From the NCBI RefSeq assembly GCF_001194135.2, contig NC_068986.1:15119446-15165214 (forward strand): DNA of 45,769 nt. The letters are read 5' to 3'. The notes under the pieces were generated by a model, which saw only the letters and a list, made by a program, of their open reading frames with translations, was not told where the DNA came from and searched no databases. A program made the position numbers and the translations under genes. Every line of letters starts with the position of its first letter. Position 1 is the stretch's first letter. This DNA comes from Octopus bimaculoides. Its lineage: Eukaryota. Positions 1 through 12,570 of this stretch are shown piece after piece.

Positions 1-572
1 TATATATATATATATATATGCTTGTATGTATATATGTATGTAAGCAAATGTGTATATATTTTTGTTTACTCAATTGCGCGCGTGTGTGTGTGCGTATGTG
101 GTGTGTGTGTCTCTGTGTCTATATATGTATCTTCTAAACTGGGATATAGATGATGCTAAGAGCAGGTCAGCGTAGTTCATCACTGAAGGTTATCTAGTAT
201 GCTGCTTCTCCGCTCAAAGATTAATTAGAGATAAGATCAGGTTTGATTTCCATCCTCTCTACATTGATAAAATATCAATCAGAAACAGTATGCTATAGCT
301 GAATCAATTTAAGTGTGCCATTCACCATTCCTTAACAAAATCTAAAATCTGTCTGAAAAAATCAATAATATATCACTGACGAGAAAATATCAGATCTTTG
401 ATAGCCTGTTCGATTTCAGCCAATTGAAAACAAAATTCTCAGACTACGACTCCTACAGTAGTGTTCGTTTTTCCTTGGTCCTATAATTCATCATGTGACC
501 ATCGTAGATAATTTTCATTGGTTCAGTAAATCTGAATAACCTGAATTTAATAAAATATGGTTTCACATTTTA

Positions 573-757
573 GCACAAGGCGAACAATTTCGGGGAGTGG
601 GTATGTCGGTTACGTCAATTCCTGTATTCAACGGGTGCGCATTTTATCGACCCTGAAGGACTGAATGGTGGAATCTGAACTTAGAACGTAAAGATGGACG
701 AAATGCCGCGAAGCATATTTTCCGGGCGTGCTAACGATTCTGCCAATTCGCCGCCTT
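573..757 (-). mobile_element. SINE family A copy (tRNA-type head, conserved central domain)
   Basis: Reverse complement of the recurring AAGGCGGCGAGCTGGCAGAA...GAGTTCAAATTCC...CCTTTCATCC...GTCGATAAA unit; diverged. Confidence 0.8.
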
Positions 758-1115
758 GCAATTGAATAACATATGAACGAAAGAAATTGTCTTCGCAGTT
801 TTAAGATGAATATTTTATAGGAGGAATTTCAACCATGTATCGTGGTCTGCTACCACAACAGCTCCTTTATAGGATCCAGTTAGCTCAAGACATCATCAGG
901 AGGAACCACGTCCGGTTTCGGCCCCTACTCCTCTACCGTTTTGACGTGGCGGGGCCACCCCCTTTCGGAGATGTCTTCAGCTCTGGTGTTGGGTGCATGT
1001 CTTCTTTCACTGTTTGTGACTGTTCTAATTCAACTGTGGAATGTCCCTCGCTATGGTTATTTTCCAGGAGGTTCTGGCCACACGTCTTACGGTTCATCAA
1101 CCCGCGTATATATCT

Positions 1116-1243
1116 AGGCGCAGGAGTGGCTATGTGATAAGAATCTCGCTTCCCAACCACGTGGTTCCGGAATCCGTCTCACTGCGTGGCACCTTCAGCG
1201 TATATCTTCTACTATAGCTTCGGGCTGACCAAAGCCTTGTGGT
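1116..1243 (+). mobile_element. SINE family D 5' part (tRNA-like head)
   Basis: AGGCGCAGGAGTGGCTATGTGATAAG...CACTGCGTGGCACCTT...CTACTATAGC...GACCAAAGCCTTGTG matches other copies in the window. Confidence 0.8.
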
Positions 1244-1639
1244 TTATGTTAAATAGCTGACTAGTAGGCCGCGCATATATATTTACAGAAACCATAGGTT
1301 TCTCATAAATATGGTAAAAATACTTTTAAGAAGTGGAACCATAGTACCTCAAAGTGAGGGTCATATTTCGTTTGAGAGTTGACCAGGACGCTATTTAGGA
1401 CCCATTCCTGCATCTAGCTCGAGTATGGCTTTACAGAGTTCTGCCGACGTTTATATATTTGTCATTGGGCACATCTTGGTTCCTAGTTTCAGCTTTTTTC
1501 AAAAGTCTTTCGTCTGCAAGTATGACTCTTTTACACATTTGTTTTAGCCATTGAACTGCGGTCATGCCGGAGCACCGCCTTCTAAGTTTAGTCGAAAAAA
1601 TCGACTCCAGATCCACCTGAAGTTGGAGACATGAACCGT

Positions 1640-1900
1640 GAATGAAATGGTCTGCAGAAGAATCCAATAATTCAAAGCACTTGAACGAGGGACATTGGGA
1701 TATGTGACATGCCATAAGACAGGGCGAGAGAAACTGCCGAAGGCGACATCGCTCAGTTGTCGTCAGAGAAATGGAGTCGCCTTGTTTAATCTTAAAGACA
1801 TGCCAACAGAAGTATACAGTAATGGACTTGTGGAGTTTTGGCAAACCAGCCGTTATACACAGGGAGCGCTCCTTGTCGGTGATTTGTGTACTTCATTTAA
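1640..1900 (+). mobile_element. Possible degenerate LINE apurinic-like endonuclease fragment
   Basis: Translations give RDIGICDMP*DR, RNGVALF and ALLVGDL, loosely resembling the IDICCLQE, GGVAIL and GDFN motifs; heavily decayed. Confidence 0.3.
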
Positions 1901-1914
1901 CAGTGTCGTGTCTC

Positions 1915-2152
1915 AGTGAATAAGATGATGAACTCATAATCGTAAGATTGTGGTTTCGATTCCTGGACCGGTTAAAGAGATATGTTCTTGAGCAAAACAC
2001 TTCATTTCATGTTGCTCCAGTCCACTCAGCTTGGAAAAATGAGTAGTCCTACGACGGCCCGGCGTCCCATCCAGCGGGAGAATATATATACCATGGAAAC
2101 TGAGAAACCGGCCTTATGAATCTATAGGTCTCGAGAAGGATCTTTACTTACC
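1915..2152 (+). mobile_element. SINE family B copy
   Basis: GGTTTCGATTCCTGG B-box-like, then TTGAGCAAAACACTTCATTTCATGTTGCTCCAGTCCACTCAGC and GGCGTCCCATCCAGCGG; a related head lies at ~33.4 kb on minus. Confidence 0.6.
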
Positions 2153-2237
2153 TTTTTATATTTAAAGGATAATTCAGATCATTGATTATGATTTTTGTTG
2201 TGCTGTATATCCCTCTAATATTATACAATACTTTCAC

Positions 2238-2644
2238 TGTAATATAACAAGGCCGCATTCAAATGATAACTCATTTAATAACGTGATTTGTGTATATTTC
2301 ATCTTGATGCCATGCACTAATAATAGTGTGATATACAATAAGATGGAACGAAGTAGACACCAACTGTCTCCACCTGATGCATTCCCCTAATACTCTGCCA
2401 ACAAATGTGACCAATCCCAAATTACTCTCAACCAACTATAACAACTTCTCAACAATATCCTGCGACTCCATGAACTCACAAATGACGGCTTTTGACTTCC
2501 TGCGATTTGTCACCTGTCTGTCAGCCAAATACGCTGCTACTGTCATGATTCTCGCCCTAACTTCTCCCCTTTTGAGAGTTGACTCCTGTATGAAGTGTAA
2601 CGTGTTTATTTAATTTTACTCTATTTTGTTTTTTTATCATCACA
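2238..2644 (-). mobile_element. 3' LTR of Ty3/Gypsy element (~407 bp)
   Basis: On minus, begins TGTGAT immediately after the polypurine tract AAGAAAGGGAG (2645-2655) and ends ATTACA (imperfect terminal inverted repeat, TG...CA). Confidence 0.7.
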
Positions 2645-2679
2645 CTCCCTTTCTTGAAATTTTAATTTCTTTAGACGTT

Positions 2680-5450
2680 TCAATACTTCTTGCGCTTAGG
2701 GATTATTTCTAGTCGTTCTGTTTGTTTACGTTTTCTACTGCTGATCCGCCTACGTCCAACCCCTTTTGGCGTTGGAACATCGAACAATTCATAACAAATT
2801 CCCATCAGTATTTCTTTTCTTTCTTCGCTGTCTCATCTTCAACTGGTTCAAATGTCGTTTATGCTTTCCTATCTGACCTATTTATACTGCCTATTCTTTC
2901 TGTCACTATATCGTTCTCCCAACATTGTCTTCCATTCTTTTGAAATGAACTTCATCTCACACATTAAAATAATTTGTTGTGTTTCATGGGCCTTCACTAT
3001 CAGATTTGTTTTTTGTAGGTAACAGTTTATCACAGATTGATTTTAATCTAATGGCAAACATTAGCACTGCGAGCGACTTACCTGAACAGATGTTCGGGGA
3101 AGGTGTTACTCTGTAAACCCTTAAGAATTGAGTTAGTGCTGCATCATAGCTTAATTCATTTCCTGATTTTTTTTTAGAACTCGCTTAAACGTGTCTACGA
3201 ACCTTTGTGCTTGCCCATTTGATCTCGGGCTGTACGGTGGAGTAGAGACGTGATTGACGTCCTACCTCTCACAAATACGATAGTGTCCGAGACACTGTAT
3301 CGCGCAAAAAATTCGCGAAGGAACCTTAGCGTTACCATCGAGCTTGGTTGACTGCATTTACATATTTCCGGACACTTGGTATAGCTGTCTACCATGATCA
3401 AATAATATGTGCCGTTTACTGGTCCAGCAAAATCTATATGTAGCTTGGACCCTGTCTTAAGCCACGACTGGAATTTCACTGGTGTTGACTAGGATTTCCC
3501 CAATTGTTCATCATAACGGACCATAGCAAGCCAATAGACGTAAACCCTCATTACTGATTTCAGTCCTGAAATCTCTTGATTGTCCCATATGAAATTCACT
3601 TAATACACGCTTTTGTAGTGCGGCTGGCACTACAAATCTTTGTGCGTACCTCAACACATTATCACATAGAGAAAACGGTTCGCATTCGTGTTACGTATAT
3701 TTTTATTTTCTTCTACCTTTGAAGTTTCTTTCATTTTTGGAATGAATTTGTCTTTCTCCGATTTCAATTTTATATCTTGATCAGATGCCGGCAGCTCCCG
3801 AATGACGTCATGCAAAATATCTTTTATTTCATTTCAGCTCGCAATGCGGCAGTCACGGTATCTTCGAATAGTTCCGTATTTTCTGGAATTAACCGTGATA
3901 AACAATCCGCATGGCCTAACATCTTGGATGCTATATACGCCATCTTGAAGTCGTTATTCAACAATATCCTACCCCAGTGTTGTAACCTATTTGCAGCGTG
4001 GGTAAGAAGTCGTTTCTTCGACCCCCAAATTAATAATAATGATCGGTGATCAGCTTTAGCCGAAAACTTCTACCGTACAAATATATGTGAAATTTCTACA
4101 CTATCTTGATGCGGTTTTAGTACAAAAATCTATGAAAAATGATCGCTAAAGCCTCTTTCTGTATCTGAGTATAGTCTATTTTCTGCTGCTATCAGAGAAC
4201 GTAAGGCATGAACCATCACCTTCGTATCACGGTTTTTGTATTTGTGTAACATTACTGCTCCTATGTCGTATTCAGAAGTGTCAGAAACTACAACAATCTC
4301 CGCTGCAGGATCGAAATGAGCCAGCAACAAATCTGATATTATTATTTTTTTAATATCGTCAATCGCCTTTTGACAATCATTTGACCAATTCCACTTCACA
4401 GCTTCTTTTAACAAATTATTTAGTGGAGCTCTCAATTCATGCATATTTGGTATATAATTTTGATAATAATACGCTAGACCTAAAAAACCATGTAAGGTCG
4501 TTATAATAGTGGGAGGAGGCATATTTTTAATTGCGTCGTCGTCCATTCCTGTCGATAAAATGTTCTGAATACTTAATCTTAGGTAAGAAAAAATCACATT
4601 TTTCCTCACTCAGTGTGAAACCCTTATCTCGTATTTTTTTCAAAATCACATTTTACATGCTCGACATGCTGACTGCGAGGTTCACTTTTAACTAATGCAT
4701 CACCCAGTTATGGAATTGCGAATTCACACTCCGTTAACACTGCATCGATAATCTGTTGAAAAATGGCAGGTGCAACATTTAGATCATATGCTAATCTGTT
4801 GTATTTATTTAGTCCTTTATACGTATTCACTGTTAAGTGTTTTGGACATGCCTCGTCTACTGTAATTTGTAGCTACGCATCGGAGAGATCTAGTTTGGAA
4901 TTTATCTAGCCCACATATAACTTCGCAAAAATATCCTCCGGTGTTTTCAGACGTTCATTCAAGCCACTGGAAAAATCAGCACACGCCCTGATTTGTTATT
5001 CTTTTTTTATTTTAATACACACCGTTAGAGCTGCCCATTTTGCATATTCCACTTTAATGGATGAGTCCAGTTTTCCCTAATCTGTCTAAATCTTTATCGA
5101 CATGTTTCATTGCAGCAAAAGGTACCGTTCGTTTTGGTTTGAACGCTGGTATTACGTTTTCCTTAATTTGCAAACATGAATCAGTCTTAGTACACAAGCC
5201 TAATTTATCCAACAACACTATTTCTTCAATTCATCTCACGCCGTATTCTTACTGGAGGAATAATCATTTATGTTTCTGCAGAACAGATTTTTGGGGAGGT
5301 CCCATGATGGATGCAGTGAGCTGACAGAATCATAAAAAATTATGTTCTGAATTCTAGTCCGGTCGAGCTCTTTAATCATCTCGTGATGAATAACATAAAC
5401 TCCAAGTTTTAGAATCGATGGTATCATCTGACACCCCACCTGCTAAATCA
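2680..5450 (-). pseudogene. Degraded Ty3/Gypsy pol (protease remnant, RT, RNase H, integrase) with many stops and frameshifts
   Basis: Manual minus-strand translation: PAFKPKRTVPFA; KIRACADFSSGLN; KLDLSDA*LQI; APAIFQQIID; YLDD decayed to *LGD (4699-4710); LHGFLGLAYYYQNYIP; VVSDTSEYDIGAV; ADHRSL; HADCLSRL; KLHIDFAGP; IMVDSYTKCPEI; PRSNGQAQRFVDTFKR; FLRVYRVTP; C-terminus RKRKQTERLEIIPKRKKY*. Domain order RT-RH-INT is Gypsy-type. Confidence 0.93.
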
Positions 5451-5534
5451 TAAACAAGCTTTATCTTCTCCGTGCTATTTTTCTAAAATTTTGAAAGCAT
5501 GTTTCTGTGATCAGGGACCTCGTTTTGCAACTAT

Positions 5535-5815
5535 TCCCACTGCGTGTCACCATGAGTAAGTATATTCTACGATAGCCTTCGCCTGGCTCAAGCCCGTTGA
5601 GTGAATTTGGGTGCCGGAAACTGTGCGTGAGCCTATGTTGTATGTGTGTGTGCAAATAACCAGTTTTTGTTCCTTTATGTTCCGCTATCTCAGAGCTTTG
5701 GCATAAGAGAACGATAGAGTATCTACCAGAATTTATGACAAGTAATGAAGCTGACATTTTCGCCTAACCTTTCAAGGCTGTGCCCCAGCATGAAACTAAT
5801 AAAAAGGTAAAAGAG
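5535..5815 (+). mobile_element. Degenerate SINE family D copy abutting the truncated Gypsy 5' end
   Basis: CCCACTGCGTGTCACC...CTACGATAGCC head part and AAGGCTGTGCCCCAGCATG...GTAAAAGAGTA tail part. Confidence 0.6.
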
Positions 5816-6775
5816 TAATAATTACAGACGACAGACTGATCGATATCTGAACACTGTAAAAAATATCAAAGAGAATTGTCAACCCTAAGGTCATGTTGCC
5901 TCTTTTACATTTTATTATTTTTATATTCTTCTCACAACACACATAACAGGGAAGGTCTTCTTATGTTACCTCTTCTTTACTCCGCTGCTCCGGAAAACAT
6001 AACAGCGCTTCTGTATCCTGGTGTTCGACAAGTGTAGACTTCACTGAACTTTATGGCGTTTGTTTAGGAGCATTTAATCAAACAGCACTAATTGGATTAA
6101 TTCACATAGAATAATTCTTTACATTGTAATGTCGTTACACATTTAGAAAACTTTGATGTAATAATTACAAATACGCGTGGATGAGAGTGTGTGTAATGTG
6201 TGATTTTTGGGGTGTATACATATGTGGATATGTGTATGTATATACGTATATATATGTATATATTCAGATATACTTATGTATGCGGATATATATATATATA
6301 NNNNNNNNNNNNNNNNNNNNNNNNNNNNNNNNNNNNNNNNNNNNNNNNNNNNNNNNNNNNNNNNNNNNNNNNNNNNNNNNNNNNNNNNNNNNNNNNNNNN
6401 NNNNNNNNNNNNNNNNNNNNNNNNNNNNNNNNNNNNNNNNNNNNNNNNNNNNNNNNNNNNNNNNNNNNNNNNNNNNNNNNNNNNNNNNNNNNNNNNNNNN
6501 NNNNNNNNNNNNNNNNNNNNNNNNNNNNNNNNNNNNNNNNNNNNNNNNNNNNNNNNNNNNNNNNNNNNNNNNNNNNNNNNNNNNNNNNNNNNNNNNNNNN
6601 NNNNNNNNNNNNNNNNNNNNNNNNNNNNNNNNNNNNNNNNNNNNNNNNNNNNNNNNNNNNNNNNNNNNNNNNNNNNNNNNNNNNNNNNNNNNNNNNNNNN
6701 NNNNNNNNNNNNNNNNNNNNNNNNNNNNNNNNNNNNNNNNNNNNNNNNNNNNNNNNNNNNNNNNNNNNNNNNNNN

Positions 6776-6834
<59 letters not shown>

Positions 6835-8380
6835 TATTAAATGTTCGTGATTTAACCGAAATAAAATTTTGAAAATGTAATGAAATCTAAAATTCAATCT
6901 AAACTGTACTGAATAATTCCTCTGTGCTATATAAATATAAATGTATGTGCGTGAGTGTGCTTGTGTGCATGTGTGTGAGTTTATGTGTGCGCGCGTGTAC
7001 TGTATACACTTATGTATGTATAAATAGGCTCATTCACAAGAACGTGTTCTGACACATACCTGTCTGTATGCGTCGGTGTACGTATAGAACGGTAATAGAT
7101 ATTTATCATCTATATTAGGATAATGAATTAGAAGACACATCTATGTAATCGAGTGAAGGTGCACCTTAAAAATAATAGATTGCACAAATTTATGTGATGG
7201 ATATTGATTTTTAAGTTTGGTAGCTATCAGTATATTACCAGGAGAGCTATATATGTGTAAATTGTATGACAGCTGTATACACACACTCACACATACACAC
7301 ACACATACTTTTACAGACACATATATATATATACATACACATATATATGCATGAATATATATATATATATATATAATTATGTGTATTTCTTCTATCTTAA
7401 TGAATAAAAATTCTTCTGATAGAATATATATATGTGTGTGTGTGTGTATATATATATANNNNNNNNNNNNNNNNNNNNNNNNNNNNNNNNNNNNNNNNNN
7501 NNNNNNNNNNNNNNNNNNNNNNNNNNNNNNNNNNNNNNNNNNNNNNNNNNNNNNNNNNNNNNNNNNNNNNNNNNNNNNNNNNNNNNNNNNNNNNNNNNNN
7601 NNNNNNNNNNNNNNNNNNNNNNNNNNNNNNNNNNNNNNNNNNNNNNNNNNNNNNNNNNNNNNNNNNNNNNNNNNNNNNNNNNNNNNNNNNNNNNNNNNNN
7701 NNNNNNNNNNNNNNNNNNNNNNNNNNNNNNNNNNNNNNNNNNNNNNNNNNNNNNNNNNNNNNNNNNNNNNNNNNNNNNNNNNNNNNNNNNNNNNNNNNNN
7801 NNNNNNNNNNNNNNNNNNNNNNNNNNNNNNNNNNNNNNNNNNNNNNNNNNNNNNNNNNNNNNNNNNNNNNNNNNNNNNNNNNNNNNNNNNNNNNNNNNNN
7901 NNNNNNNNNNNNNNNNNNNNNNNNNNNNNNNNNNNNNNNNNNNNNNNNNNNNNNNNNNNNNNNNNNNNNNNNNNNNNNNNNNNNNNNNNNNNNNNNNNNN
8001 NNNNNNNNNNNNNNNNNNNNNNNNNNNNNNNNNNNNNNNNNNNNNNNNNNNNNNNNNNNNNNNNNNNNNNNNNNNNNNNNNNNNNNNNNNNNNNNNNNNN
8101 NNNNNNNNNNNNNNNNNNNNNNNNNNNNNNNNNNNNNNNNNNNNNNNNNNNNNNNNNNNNNNNNNNNNNNNNNNNNNNNNNNNNNNNNNNNNNNNNNNNN
8201 NNNNNNNNNNNNNNNNNNNNNNNNNNNNNNNNNNNNNNNNNNNNNNNNNNNNNNNNNNNNNNTATATATATATATGTAATCATAATTTGGGTGTGTAGGA
8301 TAACAACGTAGCTGTTTCCTCTTGAAGCAAATCTGCTTAATGTATTATTACAAGCAAGTATGTAGTTCAGTTCTAACATT

Positions 8381-8461
8381 TAAGAGATGAGGAATTATGT
8401 ACATTATTTACATTTGACAGATATTTGTCCTCACCTTGTTTGACAGATATTTGTCCTCACA
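8381..8461 (-). mobile_element. Fragment of a second Penelope-like terminal repeat family, with an internal tandem duplication
   Basis: TAAGAGATGAGGAATTATGTACATTATTTACATTTGACAGATATTTGTCCTCAC is homologous to 20049-20149; TTTGACAGATATTTGTCCTCAC occurs twice. The family label is from recall. Confidence 0.45.
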
Positions 8462-8880
8462 ATGTTTTACATGTTAGATAAATATGTTGCAGTTTCTGTT
8501 CGAATAGTTTTTCGTGAACGTAGTTTGTTAATTTCATTCACACACAAACTCAATCTACTGCTTGACATGCTGAATCTAACAACGTAAACTTTGAACACAA
8601 CCATGAATGCTAACAGGCAGATTCTACATCTACGTAAGTGTTGAATGGTTAGGAACAAGGCAATTAGACGCTAAATTTGAAGCCTGCATACATAGACAGA
8701 AACCATAACTATTCAACTACTAGACCAGTGGTTCTGGAACTTTTGGGGCCACTCCTCCCCACGTGGCCACATGGTATCCTCAGCACCCCACCCCTATTTT
8801 TATGTATAAGTAAAATATTTATATTTTATTTACTTATATATACTATGAATCCTTTGATATTTAATTTAATACTATATAAA

Positions 8881-9292
8881 TTACTCTTTTACTCTTTTAC
8901 TCTTTTACGTGTTTCAGTCTTTTGACTGTGGCCATGCTGGAGCACCACCTTTAGTCGAGCAAATCGACCCCAGGACTTATTTTTTGTAAGCCTAGTACTT
9001 ATTCTATCGGTCACTTTTGCCGAACCTTTACGTTACAGGGACATAATCAAACCAGCATCGGTTGTCAAGCGATGTTGGAGGGACAAACACAGACACACAA
9101 ACACTACACCAATACATATATATATATATACATATATACGACGGGCTTCTTTCAGTTTCCGTCTACCAAATCCACTCACAAGGCTTTGGTCGGCCCGAGG
9201 CTATAGTAGAAGACACTTGCCCAAGATTCCACGCAGTGGGACTGAACCCGGGACCATGTGGTTGGTAAGCAATCTACTTACCACAGAGCCAC
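8881..9292 (-). mobile_element. Near full-length SINE family D (~410 bp) with internal (TA)/(CA) microsatellite and (AAAAGAGT)n tail
   Basis: Minus: A-box-like TGGCTCTGTGG, B-box-like GGTTCAGTCCC, body, (TA)n, TTTGTCCCTCCAACATCGCTTGACAACC..., GGTGCTCCAGCATGGCC, tail AAAAGAGT repeats. Confidence 0.85.
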
Positions 9293-9584
9293 AATATCAT
9301 AAATACACGATCGTACCCGTAGCCACTGTTTCTTTCAACGCCTCCTATTTCTCTATCACTCCCTTAAACACCAGCGCCCACTTGGACCCTCTTGATACCC
9401 AACGGGGGTGGGGGTGGTAGTGCCCACTTTGAGAACTTATGCACTAGACTATATAGGATCAACTTCTGTCCACTCTACTGTTCGACAGATTAAATTTAGA
9501 GAACCTTATTTTGGGACTGCGACGGGTCATATTCATTCAACCGTGTCAGCCTTAAATTTCAGAGCAGAAATATTGCCACATATT

Positions 9585-9980
9585 ATTTTCTATTCTAGGA
9601 ACAAGGCCCGCAAATTTTGGGGAGAGGGCCAGTTGATTAGTTCGACCCCGAAAGGATGAAAGGCAAAGTCGACTTCGGTGGAATTTGAACTCGGAACGTA
9701 AAGACAGACGAAATAGCACTAAGTATTTCGCCTGGCGTACTAACCTTTCTTATTTCTTTATTGCCCACCAGGGGCTAAATATAGAGGAGACAAACAAGGA
9801 CAGACAAAGGGATTAAGTCGATTATATCAACCGCAATGCGTAACTGGTACTTATTTAATCGACCCCGAAAAGATAAAAGGCAAAGTCGACCTCTGCGGAA
9901 TTTGAACTCAGAACGTAGCGGCAGACGAAATAATGTTAAGCATTTCGCCCGGCGTACTAACGTTTCTGCCAGCTCGCCGC
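9585..9980 (-). mobile_element. Dimeric SINE family A insertion with 15-bp target-site duplication
   Basis: Two head-to-tail A monomers with different tails; ATATTGCCACATATT at 9570-9584 and 9981-9995. Confidence 0.88.
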
Positions 9981-10305
9981 ATATTGCCACATATTGCCAC
10001 ATATTAGCGCACTGACGTAGGTGGGGTCTACAAAAATTTCTACGATTACTACTAATCACGAGATAAAATCCAGATCTCACTGGTAGACATTGCCACTAAC
10101 ATATTCATTCAACCGTGACAGGATTAACTAACACCTCCTTGTTGTCAACTTAGAAAAATATTTGAACTTGATCACGTGATTATCCTCGACCACTCAAAGC
10201 GTATCCAAAATCTGTGAAACCAGTTTACTTTTACAAATTCAAAAATGAAAAATTAAGCGAATCCCAGTGGATTTTCAATTTCATTTCCGTCACTTTCTCT
10301 CCCTC

Positions 10306-10409
<104 letters not shown>

Positions 10410-11489
10410 TGTGTATACATGAATGTATATATATAATACAAACATATATNNNNNNNNNNNNNNNNNNNNNNNNNNNNNNNNNNNNNNNNNNNNNATATAT
10501 ATATATATAATCATAAATATACAGGGATTAGCATTGAGTTGCTTCTCCAACATACTGAAAATTTAGAAATAGCAGTCAAAGAACTACTGATTCTAAACTA
10601 CAATTTTTTCTCTAAACGGATGGCGATATTTATATACACGTATGAATGTATATATATAATATATATAAATATATGAATGTATACATATAATATATATGAA
10701 GTGACAAAGTATGACTTTTTCGGTGACAGAATGTTAGCCAACAAGACAAGGACAGGAGCCAACCAGGGAGTCTATACTCGTTCGAGCTGCTATAAATATG
10801 AAACAAGTCGCCGTCAAACCAGAATCTGTCGTATTCTAAATGGCGGGAAGTATTCGATGATGCATTTCTACTGAAACTATGTTTCAATATAAGACATGAG
10901 AGTCACGGTTGAATAGCCTTTGATCGTAAGTGGGCTGGCTTAGAGAAGACCAGGACCCATCCAAAATAACAGACCGAAAATAACATTGGTGGAGTGCGAG
11001 GTCAAATCGTCACCTAAATAACGTAAATTATTTGATTTTCTTCTCTACCGTTCCAATCTACTGCGCTGTTCAAATTTATGCAAATGGAGTTCTAATTTTC
11101 TTAATAATTATAGACATTACGAGAAAGGTATGTAGTCAACTTATTCTAGTGAACAGATTACTTGTAATGACTGTATTGACACTTAGAGAATGAGCGACAA
11201 AATTGACGTCAGAAGTAAATTTGTTTAAACTGTAAAGGGGATAAGTAAATGCAACGTGTTATTTATATCACCAGTCTATCATTTCAGTCGATCCATCACA
11301 CAGAATGAAAACTGAATGAGTTGAAGTTGTGTTTGTTTGCTTTAAGATTCCATTTTAATGTTTCATGTTTTGCTTTATGTTTTTTTTTTCCACGACGAAA
11401 CTAGAGTGAATGTTTCAAAGTAATATTGAAGTCGTTGAAGTGGAATTCTACTAACTCTGGTGGTGTTAACTGAGTTTCTCTAATATTTA

Positions 11490-11870
11490 TTTACACCCGT
11501 CGCTCCCTATGTGGCGTAGTTTACCAAAAACCTTTCTCCTCTGTTCTCGAAATCGAACTTTCATTACTGCTTCTCTGCAGTTGAATCCCTGCTTTTCTCA
11601 GCCTCATTCACTATTCTTCCTCCCGTTATCTTATAGGGTGTTCTTTCTTTCAACTTCCTCGAGGGTTCCAGTTCAGGATATGACGCGTAATGCAAGATGT
11701 TGGGTCCTTTCAAACTTTGCTGCACAGCGTCATACGTTGCCCTTTAAGGAAAGGCCTTACTCTCGCACCTCTTCTTCCTTTTGAAATTTCATCGATCATC
11801 CTGAAACATTGTTTTTATTCTAGTTAGGTGTTTTCTCCCAACGCACGCTCATAATTACCTCTGGGAAGGT
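11490..11870 (-). mobile_element. RTE-clade LINE, 3' fragment of the RT ORF
   Basis: Minus translation KDPTSCITRHILNWNPRGS*KKEHP (around 11650-11709) matches the RTE C-terminal motif of the type PxxCITRxALxWNPxGKRKRGRP; upstream VIMSVRWGEN and IDEISK are also compatible. Confidence 0.7.
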
Positions 11871-11898
11871 GGGGTCAATATTATTCTGGACCATTTAT

Positions 11899-12118
11899 AA
11901 GGCGGCAAGCTTTCGATATCATCAGCACACTGAACGAAATGCTTAGCAGCATTTGGTCTGTTTTTACAGGCTAAGTTCAAATTCCACCGATGACCACTTT
12001 ACCTGCCATCCTTTCGGGGCCGATAAAATAAGTACCAGTTGAACACTGGGGTTGACGTAATCGATTGACATTCTCCTCCAAACTTGCTAGTCTTATGACT
12101 AAATTTGAAATCAATATT
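11899..12118 (+). mobile_element. SINE family A copy (diverged)
   Basis: AAGGCGGCAAGC...AAGTTCAAATTCC...CATCCTTTCGGGGCCGATAAAATAAGTACCAG. Confidence 0.8.
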
Positions 12119-12351
12119 AGTCTGGCCTCTAACTTTTTGATCTCGTGCGCCGCTAGCAAAACTCTGCAGGTCACTGAAGCACATACGCAACTTCCTCGCA
12201 ACAGGAACTGGATCCTGTGGTAGCATTAACTCTGTAAAGTACTTAATTTGGCATGAAATAAAAGATACAGTTAACGCACTGAGAACATATTTTATTAAAA
12301 AATGCATGAAAAATTTAAGTGGAGTCGATTAAGTGGTAAGCAAAGCAGAAA

Positions 12352-12570
12352 ATATTCTTTTCTACACTAGGCACAAGGCCCGAAATTTTAGGGGAGGGCG
12401 CCAGTCGATTAGATCGACACCAGTATGCATCTGGTACTTAATTTATCGAACCCGAAATGATGAAAGGCAAGGTCGAACTCAGCGGAATTTGGACTCAGAG
12501 CATTAAGACAGACGAAATACCGTTAAGTATTTCGCCCGGCGTGCTATCGGTTCTGTCATCTCGCCGCCTT
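12352..12570 (-). mobile_element. SINE family A monomer
   Basis: Full head to tail; CAGAAAATA on both sides is a possible TSD. Confidence 0.85.

Noticed and set aside
145-190. ATGATG...CTGA as a C/D snoRNA
   Set aside because: Imperfect C box and too short between boxes.
835-1110. Possible 3' end of a second LTR element (RRSRGRNR...PPD, AAAGGAGC-TGTTG on minus)
   Set aside because: Motifs too short and degenerate; no upstream integrase signal.
5535-5560. CA|TGGTGAC on minus, resembling an LTR end plus primer-binding site
   Set aside because: Upstream sequence does not match the 3' LTR and the segment aligns to SINE D.
6181-8379. Long ORF-track entries here and around the other gaps (10.2, 20.1, 23.2, 25.9, 29.9, 31.6, 34.6, 38.7 kb)
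   Set aside because: Artefacts of N-runs and (TA)/(CA)/(TG)/(TCTA) repeats, which lack stops in some frames.
8726-8800. CAGTGGTTCT as a hAT terminal inverted repeat
   Set aside because: No matching right end or 8-bp TSD found.
10677-10887. Short ORFs on both strands in unique-looking DNA
   Set aside because: Both run into TA-rich repeat; no recognisable domain or convincing splice sites.
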